Program-made: the position numbers and the translations under genes
NCBI GenBank assembly: GCA_963766295.1
Contig: CAVXYW010000001.1
Location: forward strand, 196,364-260,363
DNA from: an uncultured Actinomycetes bacterium
Lineage (GTDB): Bacteria > Actinomycetota > JAICYB01
DNA: 64,000 bases
Direction of reading: 5' to 3'
Shown: in pieces, positions 35,925-45,052 of the stretch
Numbering within the stretch: the first letter of the stretch is position 1
Layout of the letters: the number at the start of each line of letters is the position of its first letter
The notes under the pieces: model-generated
The model's input: only the letters and a program-made list of their open reading frames with translations
Told to the model about the DNA's origin: nothing
Databases searched by the model: none

Positions 35925-37010
35925 ATGCCGGCCGAGGTACAAGGTGTCATCTCGCGCTCGAGGGGTGAACCCGTGACGCTCGAAACCGTATTGGTACCGG
36001 AGCCGGGGCCAGGCGAGGTTCGCGTGAAGGTGCAAGCGTGCGGTGTGTGCCACACCGACCTTCATTACCGGGAAGGTGCGATCAACGACGACTTCCCTTT
36101 CTTGCTCGGACATGAAGCAGCCGGCGTGATCGACTCGACCGGCGAAGGTGTGGACAACGTCGCCGTCGGAGATTTCGTGATCATCGCCTGGCGTGCTCCT
36201 TGCGGCACGTGCCGGTCGTGTCGTCGCGGGCGGCCGTGGTACTGCTTCGAAAGCCAGAACGCATCACAGCCGATGACGCTTGCCGACGGCACGAAGCTAA
36301 GTCCGGCGCTGGGCATCGGCGCTTTCGCCGAGCTGACGCTGGTAGCTGCCGGTCAGGCCGTGCGCGTCGACCCGGCTGCTAAGCCCGAAGCTGCGGGCCT
36401 CATCGGTTGCGGCGTGATGGCCGGGCTCGGCGCAGCCATGTACACGGGCGGCGTCTCGCATGGCGATTCTGTCGCCGTTTTCGGATGCGGTGGAGTCGGA
36501 GACTCTGCGATCCTCGGCTCCCAACTCGCGGGTGCCGGCAAGATCATCGCCGTCGACGTCGACGCAAAAAAGCTCGAATGGGCCAAGGGATTCGGCGCAA
36601 CCGACACCGTCGACGCGAGCAAGACCGACCCCGTCGAAGCGATCAAGGAGCTGACCGAGGGGTTTGGTGTGGACGTCGCTATCGAAGCCGTCGGACGTCC
36701 GGAAACGATGGTTCAAGCCTTCTATTCGCGCGATCTTGCGGGCACACTCGTTCAGGTGGGCGTGCCCGACCCGGCGATGAAAGTCGAGCTGCCGATGATC
36801 GAGTTCTTCGGACGAGGCGGCGCGCTCAAGCCCTCTTGGTACGGCGACTGCCTACCCTCCCGGGACTTTCCCATGCTCATCGACCTGCACCTCCAGGGGC
36901 GCATAGACCTGGGCAAGTTCGTGAGCGAGACCATCGCCATCGACGAGGTCGAGCAGGCCTTCGAGAAGATGCAGCGCGGCGAAGTGCTGCGTTCGGTCGT
37001 CCTTATCTAG
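35925..37010 (+). CDS. mscR: Class III zinc alcohol dehydrogenase, S-(hydroxymethyl)mycothiol dehydrogenase-like
   Basis: [42 protein letters not shown]. Confidence 0.75.
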   Translation: MPAEVQGVISRSRGEPVTLETVLVPEPGPGEVRVKVQACGVCHTDLHYREGAINDDFPFLLGHEAAGVIDSTGEGVDNVAVGDFVIIAWRAPCGTCRSCRRGRPWYCFESQNASQPMTLADGTKLSPALGIGAFAELTLVAAGQAVRVDPAAKPEAAGLIGCGVMAGLGAAMYTGGVSHGDSVAVFGCGGVGDSAILGSQLAGAGKIIAVDVDAKKLEWAKGFGATDTVDASKTDPVEAIKELTEGFGVDVAIEAVGRPETMVQAFYSRDLAGTLVQVGVPDPAMKVELPMIEFFGRGGALKPSWYGDCLPSRDFPMLIDLHLQGRIDLGKFVSETIAIDEVEQAFEKMQRGEVLRSVVLI

Positions 37011-37013
37011 AGC

Positions 37014-38063
37014 TCATACGCCGACCGATGATTCGCCGGAGATCAACTGCAGCGATCGCTGCGCGAGCATGGGAACCACCGCATCCAACGCAGAGAACAT
37101 CGAGTCGTCCGCCTGTCCCTGCTTGAAGCGGTGGTTGGACCCTTCCATGATGATCGCGATCTTCCAGCCCGCGAACGCGCAATAGAACCGAAGATCGTCC
37201 AGCCCCCGACCGGTTCTGGACGCGTACCTCTTGGCCATGTCGGCTCTGGTCGGAAAACCCTCATGCGCACCCTGATCGATCGGTGTCGCACCGGCCGAAC
37301 TCGACTCCGGAGAGAAATAGAGCATCCAGCCAAGGTCGACGAGCGGGTCCCCGATGGTAGAGATCTCCCAATCCACGACCGCGGCGATGCGCGGCGGTGC
37401 ATCCGGCGCGTACATGACATTGTCGAGCTTGTAGTCCCCGTGTGTAAGTGACACATCTTTCTGTTTCGGAGTGTTTGCACGGAGCCAGTTGCCGACTTCG
37501 TCTATCTCGGGGACCTCGCGATGACGAACTCCGTGGTACAGCTGCTGCATGCGCTGGAGATTTCGCGAAAGGAACTCTTCCGGCTTCTTGGCCATCTCTT
37601 CCAGGCCCAGCGCGCGCCAATCGACGCCGTGGATGTCGGCGAGCTTGTCGCACAGCTCGAAGCCGACCCCTCGCCGGTGTTCGTCCGACGAGAACACATC
37701 CGGTACCGCCCCACGGATCACGATCCCTTCCACGTATTCCATGAGATAGAACGGCGCACCGATGTAGCTCTCGTCTTGGCAAAGATCAACGGGAGGCGGG
37801 ACCGGTACCGGCATCCCCGCATCCGCGAGCGCTTTCGTTACCCCGTACTCACGATGCATCTCGTGCGTTCCGGCCTGGATATTGCCGCGCGGCGGACGGC
37901 GGAGCACCCAGCGCTCCTCGCCACGGCGGATCGAGAAGTTCAGGTTCGAGTGGCCGTCACCCAAGCGCTCGACCGACAGCTCCGCTTCCGAGGGCCCGAA
38001 CCGGGAGTCGAGATAGGAACGAAGCCCGGCGGCCGGAATTAGATGCTCGAAATCCTCACTCAC
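37014..38063 (-). CDS. APH-like phosphotransferase
   Basis: GTG 38063 (GTGA overlap with the DUF2236 stop). HGDYKLDNVMY and VDWEISTIGDP. Confidence 0.8.
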   Translation of the reverse strand: MSEDFEHLIPAAGLRSYLDSRFGPSEAELSVERLGDGHSNLNFSIRRGEERWVLRRPPRGNIQAGTHEMHREYGVTKALADAGMPVPVPPPVDLCQDESYIGAPFYLMEYVEGIVIRGAVPDVFSSDEHRRGVGFELCDKLADIHGVDWRALGLEEMAKKPEEFLSRNLQRMQQLYHGVRHREVPEIDEVGNWLRANTPKQKDVSLTHGDYKLDNVMYAPDAPPRIAAVVDWEISTIGDPLVDLGWMLYFSPESSSAGATPIDQGAHEGFPTRADMAKRYASRTGRGLDDLRFYCAFAGWKIAIIMEGSNHRFKQGQADDSMFSALDAVVPMLAQRSLQLISGESSVGV

Positions 38064-38890
38064 GCCCCTCCCCCTCGAAACTTTTGTTCGGCGCGCCGTG
38101 CCTGCGGCATCTCGCGGAGCGCCGACGGCGTTAAGGGAAGCATCGCACGCACGAGTTTGTGCGACCACCCGGCGATCTGACGCCCGACGAGATTCTGTCC
38201 GAGCCCGTACTCACTTCTGACCTTGGGGGGCAGGAGGGAAGCGGTCACCGCGACCGTCGGCCATAGGACCGGCTTGGGCACGAAACGGAGATTCGGATAG
38301 AGGATGTCTCGTATCAGAGCCCGCTGGAATGGCGCGATCGCGATCGCGTCCGAAGAGATCATGTCGTCGAAGTACTCACGGAAGGCCGCGACGTCTCGGG
38401 GGAGAACATCGGCCGGAACCCGGAGCAACTCGGCCGCGACCTTCGATTCTTCGTACGCCTGCTCGAGCTCGGCCTCCGACAGGGGACGGACATAACGGCC
38501 GAACACTTTGAAGGTCGTGTCAACGAGAGTGGCGTGCACCCAGAGCAGCAACTCGGGATCCGTCGCGTAGTAGGGAGTCCCGGCAGCGAAACGGCCGGCC
38601 GATTCCGGCAGCGTCCCGTGCACGCGTTCGTGTACTGAGTTGATCTTTGCCGCAGCTGCCTCAGCTTCGGCTTTGGTCCCGTAAACCATCGCAAGCGTGG
38701 CATCCAGAGTTCGCCGTAGCCGCGCGAAAGGGTCGGAAGCGAAGTTGGAGTAGTCCGCGACCCCCGCCGCCACCAAAGGGTGTGCCAGCTGAAGCAGCAA
38801 TGCGCGCGGTCCGCCGACCAGCAAAACGCGCTCGCGCGTTAACTGCCATGTCAAGGTGGTCGGCCCGTAAAACCCCTGGTCATCGCCCAT
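38060..38890 (-). CDS. DUF2236/MpaB-family oxygenase-like protein
   Basis: RALLLQLAHPLVAAGVADYSNFASDPFARLRRTLDA is typical of DUF2236. Start is ATG 38890 or GTG 38950. Confidence 0.7.
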   Translation of the reverse strand: MGDDQGFYGPTTLTWQLTRERVLLVGGPRALLLQLAHPLVAAGVADYSNFASDPFARLRRTLDATLAMVYGTKAEAEAAAAKINSVHERVHGTLPESAGRFAAGTPYYATDPELLLWVHATLVDTTFKVFGRYVRPLSEAELEQAYEESKVAAELLRVPADVLPRDVAAFREYFDDMISSDAIAIAPFQRALIRDILYPNLRFVPKPVLWPTVAVTASLLPPKVRSEYGLGQNLVGRQIAGWSHKLVRAMLPLTPSALREMPQARRAEQKFRGGGA

Positions 38891-38949
38891 ATAACCCGTC
38901 TGCGGATCTTGAGGAAGTGTAGTCCATCGACTGCGTTTACCAGTGTTCA

Positions 38950-38961
38950 CTAGTGCACTAG
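38950..38961. promoter_or_regulatory. Perfect 12-bp palindrome CTAGTGCACTAG, followed by TTGACA at 38970
   Basis: Read in the divergent region between the DUF2236 gene and the NlpC/P60 gene. Candidate operator. Confidence 0.35.
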
Positions 38962-39081
38962 CGGCATCGTTGACACTTCGGTAAGGTCTGGAAAACTTCC
39001 CGGAGCCCCAACTGCTGGGGACTCAGGCCAGAGCCAATCTCAGAATCGCCGGGCAGGCGATCCCAAGGGAGACAAGAGCTG

Positions 39082-39756
39082 ATGCTGCACGACGACTTGC
39101 GGGCTTACGCGATCGTGGCCGTCCTTGCCATCGCGACTGTTCTAACCGGATGGCCCAAGGCCGACGGTGCCGACAAACCAAGTGCCGCCGTCACTGAGTC
39201 GGCAACCGGCAAGGCAACCAAGAAGACCAAGCGCAAGGCAGTAACCACCGCTCTCAAGCAGAAGGACTCGCCGGAGATCCTCCTCTGGCCCGGAAACATG
39301 TTCTGGGGTCGCCCAAATGAAACCAAGCGCGTGGTGATCCATCCTCTGAAAGCTGTGGCCGCTAAGCCCCAGGAAGTGCTCAAGGCGGAGTTCCCGAGGG
39401 TCAAGACTCCCTCGACCATCATCAAGAAGGTGATGGAGGTAGCTCGCGAGCAGCTCGGCGATCCCTACCGCTACGGAGCCGCCGGCCCCGACCGTTTCGA
39501 CTGCTCGGGCTTCACGCAATTCGTTTGGAAGCACGTCGGCGTCGGTCTGCCCCACAGCTCACGAGGGCAATTCAACATGTTCCCGCGCGTCGCCCTAGCC
39601 GATCTGAAGCCGGGAGATCTCGTTTACTCCCCCGGGCACATCGGGATGTACGTCGGGGAGGGCAAGATGATCCACTCGCCCCAGACAGGTGGGCATGTGG
39701 AGATCGTTCCGCTGCACGGCAACGCCGTTGGTGGGGCCCGTCCCATCGCCAATTAG
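39082..39756 (+). CDS. NlpC/P60 (C40) peptidoglycan endopeptidase
   Basis: Signal/TM segment followed by DPYRYGAAGPDRFDCSGFTQFVW..GHIGMYVGEGKMIHSP. Confidence 0.9.
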   Translation: MLHDDLRAYAIVAVLAIATVLTGWPKADGADKPSAAVTESATGKATKKTKRKAVTTALKQKDSPEILLWPGNMFWGRPNETKRVVIHPLKAVAAKPQEVLKAEFPRVKTPSTIIKKVMEVAREQLGDPYRYGAAGPDRFDCSGFTQFVWKHVGVGLPHSSRGQFNMFPRVALADLKPGDLVYSPGHIGMYVGEGKMIHSPQTGGHVEIVPLHGNAVGGARPIAN

Positions 39757-39808
39757 GCTTTCGTCCCGCCGAGCGCGGGCCGTCCAAGATGTCCTAGCGT
39801 TGGCACCC

Positions 39809-41407
39809 ATGCTGCGGGGCCTCCTGTTGTTCATCGCCGTACTTCTCGTCGCCGCTTCGGTTCCGCATCCGGCGCATGCACAGGTGGTGAGCGATGCGAC
39901 ACCTGTGGTCATCAAGGGACACGGAGCCGCTCACGGCTTCGGACTGGCGATGGACGGCGTCGAAGGACAAGCCCGCGCCGGGTGGGACCACGACAAGATC
40001 CTGTCGCTCTTCTATCCGGGGACGGAGAACAGCACCAGGTCGGGGACGATCCGCGTCGGTCTGGGCGATGGTGGCGGCCAGCGACTGACGCTTCCTTCGG
40101 GAGGAGAGATCTCCGACCGGCCTTTCGGTTCTGGGTCGGGGGACGGCTATCCCATCCGAATAAGTCCGGGCGGTGCGGTCGAGATCGGCGAGAGCAGTGG
40201 TGGGCTGACGTTGCGAACCGTTGGTGCGGCATCGGGAGCCCAAGCAGCCGGCGGAGGCGAACGTGGATCGCGCTACGCGCAGATCGGGCAAGAGGAAGAG
40301 CCGATACTTTCTCCCCTCCCATCGCTCGCGCCCACTCCGACACCCGCTTCCAAGAAACCACCGGTCGCGGAACCAACACCTCGTCCGGCTCCTCCGAAGG
40401 TAAGCGCGTTCTGGATCAGAGGATCCGGTAACCCTGCACTCGTCGGAGTCGACCGGACCGGCCGGCGGTATCGCGGCGTGATGGAAGTCCGTCGCATCGG
40501 CGGCGGCTCAACTCGCGTCGTGAACCACGTGGACCTGGAGACCTACGTCGCCGGCATCGCCGAAGAAAAAGGACAGGGCTGGCCGCTCGAGGGCTTGAAG
40601 GTGCTCGCCGTGGCCGCGCGCACGCTCGGCGTCGCGACTATGACTTGGCTCGGTAAGCATCGCGACAAGGGCTACGACATATGCCCCTCCGGCAATTGCC
40701 AGGTCTACCTCGGCTACGACGGCGAAGAACCTGCGATGCGTCGCGCAGTGGCCGAGACGGCCGGGAAGATAAGGACGCACAACGGCCGTGCGCTGATGGC
40801 GATGTACCACGGCAACGGCGGCGGCCAGACGGAGACCTATGCCACTGCGACCGAAGGTCGAAGCCTGACGCACCCGTATCTGAAGTCCGTTAAATACCCG
40901 CACGCCGATCCGAGCACCTGGGAGAAGCGGACGAACATGTCCGAGATAGCCGGCGCCTTGCGCGCGCAAGGAGTTGACGTCCCGCATCCACTCCAGCTCG
41001 TGGCCGTCACCGAAAGGGGCGATTCCCCGCGCGTTCTGCGGCTTCGAGTAGCCGGAGGACGCGACGATCAAACCATCGTGCGCGGCGCAACCTTCAAGAC
41101 GGCACTGAGACTCCGGTCTGCATGGTTCGACATCGAGATTCCCCGCGATCCCGTCACGGCGGTGCTCGGACGAGCCGTTGCGACGGTTGGGGCACCGGCG
41201 AAGTTGCCGGCGCGTCAAGACGCTGCGGCAACATCGTCCGGCTTCCCGTGGTTACCTACCGGTGCCGCGTCGGCAGCGACGATCCTCGTCGCGGCCGCCG
41301 CGTTACTGGTCGCTCAGGGAGCCGGGACTAAGCGTCTGGCGGTGGCGGACCGGTGGCGCGGTCTCGCGCGGCGAGCCCGGCGATCAACCGCTTGGCGAGA
41401 GCCGTAA
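39809..41407 (+). CDS. SpoIID/LytB-domain protein
   Basis: Start at MLRGLLLFIAVLLVAASVPHPAHA (signal peptide). SpoIID core YRGVMEVRR..LETYVAGIAEEKGQGWPLEGLKVLAVAART..DICPSGNCQVYLG. C-terminal TM helix. Confidence 0.85.
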   Translation: MLRGLLLFIAVLLVAASVPHPAHAQVVSDATPVVIKGHGAAHGFGLAMDGVEGQARAGWDHDKILSLFYPGTENSTRSGTIRVGLGDGGGQRLTLPSGGEISDRPFGSGSGDGYPIRISPGGAVEIGESSGGLTLRTVGAASGAQAAGGGERGSRYAQIGQEEEPILSPLPSLAPTPTPASKKPPVAEPTPRPAPPKVSAFWIRGSGNPALVGVDRTGRRYRGVMEVRRIGGGSTRVVNHVDLETYVAGIAEEKGQGWPLEGLKVLAVAARTLGVATMTWLGKHRDKGYDICPSGNCQVYLGYDGEEPAMRRAVAETAGKIRTHNGRALMAMYHGNGGGQTETYATATEGRSLTHPYLKSVKYPHADPSTWEKRTNMSEIAGALRAQGVDVPHPLQLVAVTERGDSPRVLRLRVAGGRDDQTIVRGATFKTALRLRSAWFDIEIPRDPVTAVLGRAVATVGAPAKLPARQDAAATSSGFPWLPTGAASAATILVAAAALLVAQGAGTKRLAVADRWRGLARRARRSTAWREP

Positions 41408-42191
41408 CGCCGAAAACCTTCATCACCCGCGGGGCGATGTCGGGAAACATCTGCTCCGCGACGATCACCGGCCGCATGGGTGTCGGATTAACTATGAGCT
41501 CTGCGGAATTCCGTTTGATCGCTTTCACGACGGCTTCTGCAACCTTCTCCGGCTTGGAAACTCCGAGCAGCCGCGAAGCCTGGACGCCCGTGTCTCGCTG
41601 CATGTCCGCATACATGCCCTCGTCGGCAACAAAACCGGGACAAACCGCAGAGCATCCGACATCGGTGTCCGCGAGCTCAGCGCGTAGTACGTGCGTGAGC
41701 ATGATCAGCGCAGCCTTCGTGGCCGCGTATGGAGCCTCGCAGGGAAATCCGCCTTTGCCTGCAAGCGACGCGAGCTGCACGATGTGCCCACGGTTGCGTT
41801 CGATCATCTGAGGCAGGACGAGACGGGTGAGCAGCATCGGCGCTGTCAGGTTCACCTGGATCAGCTGCTCGATCTCCTCCGGCGGATAAGACTGATAAGG
41901 ATGCGCGGTCAAGATGCCCGCGTTGTTTACCAGGATGTCGATAGGGCCAAGCTCGGCTTCGCTGCTGGTTACAAGCGCCTCGAGCTGCGCACGATCGGTC
42001 ACATCGGTAGGGATGCTCACCACTGTTACTCCCTTGGCTGCGATGTCCCCGCGCACCTTCTCCAGACCCTCGGCTGACCGTGCAGCGAGTACGAGGTTGA
42101 CGCCTTCATCGGCAAGTGCATCCGCGATGACCACGCCGAGTCCGCGCGACGCGCCGGTAACGATCGCGTTCGCTCCTCTCAAGTCCTTCAT
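41328..42191 (-). CDS. SDR-family oxidoreductase
   Basis: VTGASRGLG..NNAG..YAATKAALIMLT. The 3' end overlaps the convergent SpoIID gene by 80 nt. Confidence 0.88.
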   Translation of the reverse strand: MKDLRGANAIVTGASRGLGVVIADALADEGVNLVLAARSAEGLEKVRGDIAAKGVTVVSIPTDVTDRAQLEALVTSSEAELGPIDILVNNAGILTAHPYQSYPPEEIEQLIQVNLTAPMLLTRLVLPQMIERNRGHIVQLASLAGKGGFPCEAPYAATKAALIMLTHVLRAELADTDVGCSAVCPGFVADEGMYADMQRDTGVQASRLLGVSKPEKVAEAVVKAIKRNSAELIVNPTPMRPVIVAEQMFPDIAPRVMKVFGVTALAKRLIAGLAARDRATGPPPPDA

Positions 42192-42973
42192 CCGACTCCC
42201 CTTTCAACCAAGCCTCGGTGTTCGTTCAAGAAGTCGACGATGTGCTGGTGGAACTGTGGGTTGTTGACGACGTTCAGGTGAGTCCCACCCACCGCTTCCG
42301 CCCTGGCTCCCGGGATCTTGTCGGCGAGGACCTGCACGTCACCGGCCAACGGATCGTTGTCGGAACCAAGCACTAGGACCGGTACGTTTATCGCCTCGAG
42401 ATCGTCCATCGGTGAGCGACTGGCGCTTTGCAACGCAGCGAGAGCCTTCCGGTCGGCGCGCGTAAGGTCCGCAAAATCACGGAACGACTTCGCGATCGGG
42501 TTCGTGATCGTTGACTTGTCCTCCGCGGTCATGGCGTCGGCGAGAAAGTTGCCGCCCTCGGCCCGGACCATGATCGTGTGCGAACCGACACCGCCCAGCA
42601 CGGCCGCCTTCACGCGATCGTCCGCCTTGATCAGACCGACGGTGTTGATCGATCCCATCGAAAACCCCACGACCAGCGCACTGGAGATCGACAGGTGCTC
42701 GAACATCGCTTGTGCGTCGCGAACCATCGTGTCCCCGGCGTACGCCTCGGGTTCATGCGGCTTGTCCGACAGGCCGTGCCCTCGTTGGTCGAGTGCGATG
42801 GCCTTAAATCCGGCGCGCACTAGTGCATCCACGACCCCTGGTCGCACCCAGTTGATGAACGAGTCGGAAGCAAACCCGTGCAGTAGAAGGACGGGCACCC
42901 CGTCACCATCCACCTCATAGGCGAGCGCTACTTGGTCGAACGACTCAAAGCGCGGCATGAGGGTTAGCATCAT
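42188..42973 (-). CDS. Alpha/beta hydrolase
   Basis: VLLLHGF..GFSMGS nucleophile elbow; 261 aa. Confidence 0.85.
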   Translation of the reverse strand: MMLTLMPRFESFDQVALAYEVDGDGVPVLLLHGFASDSFINWVRPGVVDALVRAGFKAIALDQRGHGLSDKPHEPEAYAGDTMVRDAQAMFEHLSISSALVVGFSMGSINTVGLIKADDRVKAAVLGGVGSHTIMVRAEGGNFLADAMTAEDKSTITNPIAKSFRDFADLTRADRKALAALQSASRSPMDDLEAINVPVLVLGSDNDPLAGDVQVLADKIPGARAEAVGGTHLNVVNNPQFHQHIVDFLNEHRGLVERGVG

Positions 42974-42978
42974 CGGAG

Positions 42979-43836
42979 ATGACCTCGCTCGTCTACCTGT
43001 CGCGCCCCGAGTTGCGTCGCCCTTTCCTGATCGCCGGGTTCGAGGGGTGGAGCGACGCCGGCGATGCGGCTACATCTGCCGTGGGATATCTAAGTGGAAC
43101 CTGGGACGCCAAACCACTCGCCTCGATCGATCCCGAGGAGTTCTTCGATTTCCAGGCACATCGTCCGTTGGTCCGCGTGAACGAGGAAGGGATACGCGAG
43201 ATCACGTGGCCGGCGACCGAGTTCAAGCACGCCAGTGTTCCCGGTGTCGAACGCGATGTCGTCCTGCTTCAGGGCATCGAGCCATCGATGCGCTGGCCCA
43301 CATTCACCAAACACGTCCTCGACGTGGCTCGCGAATCGGGAGCCGAGCTCGTTGTAGGTCTCGGCGCGTTGCTGGCCGGCCGGCCTCACACTAGGCCGAT
43401 CCGAGTTTCGGGAACCGCGTCGACGCCGGAGCTCTCGTCGCGCTTCGGACTGGCCAACCCGCGCTATGAGGGACCGACGGGCATCCTCGGCGTCCTTATG
43501 GACGCATGCCGCCGAGAGGACATACCGGCGGTGACTCTGTGGGGCTGGGTTCCCCATTACCTGCAAGGGAGTCCTTCGCCACCTGCAGCGCTGGCCGTCC
43601 TGCAAAGGCTGTCGGCGTTACTCGAGGTACCGATCGATCTCACGGAGCTTGAAGAGCGGTCACGTTCTCACGAGGCCCGAGTCGATGAAGCCGTGCGATC
43701 GGATCCCGACATCACGGCAACCGTCGAAGAGCTCGAGCGTCAAGCCGACGCCGAGGACATGAACGAGATCCCGTCCGGCGAAGAACTCGCCGCGGAAGTC
43801 GAGCGCTACTTGAAGGACCAGCGCGGCGAGCGGTGA
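42979..43836 (+). CDS. PAC2-family protein
   Basis: RPFLIAGFEGWSDAGDAATSAV..YEGPTGILGVL fits the PAC2 pattern. Confidence 0.7.
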   Translation: MTSLVYLSRPELRRPFLIAGFEGWSDAGDAATSAVGYLSGTWDAKPLASIDPEEFFDFQAHRPLVRVNEEGIREITWPATEFKHASVPGVERDVVLLQGIEPSMRWPTFTKHVLDVARESGAELVVGLGALLAGRPHTRPIRVSGTASTPELSSRFGLANPRYEGPTGILGVLMDACRREDIPAVTLWGWVPHYLQGSPSPPAALAVLQRLSALLEVPIDLTELEERSRSHEARVDEAVRSDPDITATVEELERQADAEDMNEIPSGEELAAEVERYLKDQRGER

Positions 43837-44999
43837 ACCTCGTAGATCTTGGCATCATCCTCGTTCTCGGACTGGCCGCGGCGCACGGAGTAACACAAGG
43901 AGCGGCGCTTCAGGTCCTCTCGTTCGGCGGTTTCTGGATCGGATTGCTGCTAGGCGCCACGCTGGCGCCGGTCACGTCGAGCATCGCCGACTCCGACTTC
44001 GCGAACGTATTCGTCTCGCTTATCACTTTTCTGGGCTTGGCGCTCTTGGGCGGGGCGATCGGTCGGTACGTGGGCACTCACGCGTGGGGCGCACTGCGGC
44101 GGAGGAACCTCGGTGCTCCGGACGCCGTCCTCGGCTCAGTAGTCGCCGTGATCGCGGCATTGGCCGCTGTGTGGTTGCTGGCGATCCTTTTGACCGCCGG
44201 TCCGACACGCAACGTTGCGCGCGCGGTGAATCAGTCGGTAATCGTTCGAACGCTGGTGGATCGCCTACCGCCGGCCCCGAGCGTGTTCGCAAGACTCCAG
44301 CAGTTCATCGCCACAACGCCTTTCCCTCGCGTCTTCGAGGGAATCGAGCCGATCCCGGCCGGCCCCATCCAGGTGCCGGACAACGCATTGGTGCAAGCGG
44401 CGGTCAACGCCGCCCAACGATCGACGGTTCGCATCACGGGGGTAGGTTGCGGCGGGATACAAACGGGCTCGGGCTTCGTGGCTGGAGACGGACTCGTAGT
44501 GACGAATGCTCACGTCGTGGCCGGAATCACGGCTCCCCAAATCGAGGACTCGAACGGAACGCACCGATCGACACCCGTCCTTTTCGATCCGGCCCTTGAC
44601 GTTGCGGTCCTGAGAACGAGTACAAGCCTGGCGGGCTCGGCTCTACCCGTCCTCAACGCCGAGGTGCAGCGCGGACAGGGAGGTGCGGTGCTCGGCTATC
44701 CCGGCGGTGGAGCCTTCCAGGCGGGGCCGGGAGCTGTACTTCGGAAATTCGTTGCGACCGGACGAGACATTTACGGCCGCAACCTGACCAGACGGGACGT
44801 GTACCAGGTGCAGGCCCAGATCAAGCAGGGCAATTCGGGCGGGCCCTTCGTCCGACAGGACGGAACAGTGGTTGGCGTTATCTTCGCGGCGTCGACATCC
44901 GAGGCCAATGTGGGCTACGCGCTGACTTCTCAAGAGATCGTTCCGCGAGTTCAACAAGCGCGCGGATCGGGTGAGGTAGACACGGGACCCTGCGCGTAG
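43833..44999 (+). CDS. MarP-type membrane serine protease (CvpA domain plus trypsin-like S1 domain)
   Basis: Four N-terminal TM helices, then TNAHVV..DVAVL..GNSGGPF (His-Asp-Ser contexts). Confidence 0.85.
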   Translation: MNLVDLGIILVLGLAAAHGVTQGAALQVLSFGGFWIGLLLGATLAPVTSSIADSDFANVFVSLITFLGLALLGGAIGRYVGTHAWGALRRRNLGAPDAVLGSVVAVIAALAAVWLLAILLTAGPTRNVARAVNQSVIVRTLVDRLPPAPSVFARLQQFIATTPFPRVFEGIEPIPAGPIQVPDNALVQAAVNAAQRSTVRITGVGCGGIQTGSGFVAGDGLVVTNAHVVAGITAPQIEDSNGTHRSTPVLFDPALDVAVLRTSTSLAGSALPVLNAEVQRGQGGAVLGYPGGGAFQAGPGAVLRKFVATGRDIYGRNLTRRDVYQVQAQIKQGNSGGPFVRQDGTVVGVIFAASTSEANVGYALTSQEIVPRVQQARGSGEVDTGPCA

Positions 45000-45025
45000 C
45001 GGGCGCAGCCGTTAGCAGTGCACTT

Positions 45026-45040
45026 GTCATTGGCAATGAC
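45026..45040. promoter_or_regulatory. Palindrome GTCATTG-G-CAATGAC, candidate operator upstream of the GH38 gene
   Basis: Perfect 7-bp arms, 13 nt before ATG 45053. Confidence 0.35.
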
Positions 45041-45052
45041 TGGTGACGCATC

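Noticed and set aside
41230-41300. WLPTGAAS plus TM helix plus basic tail at the SpoIID C-terminus as a sortase signal
   Set aside because: The sequence is LPTG, not LPXTG (one residue short). I treat it as a plain C-terminal membrane anchor.
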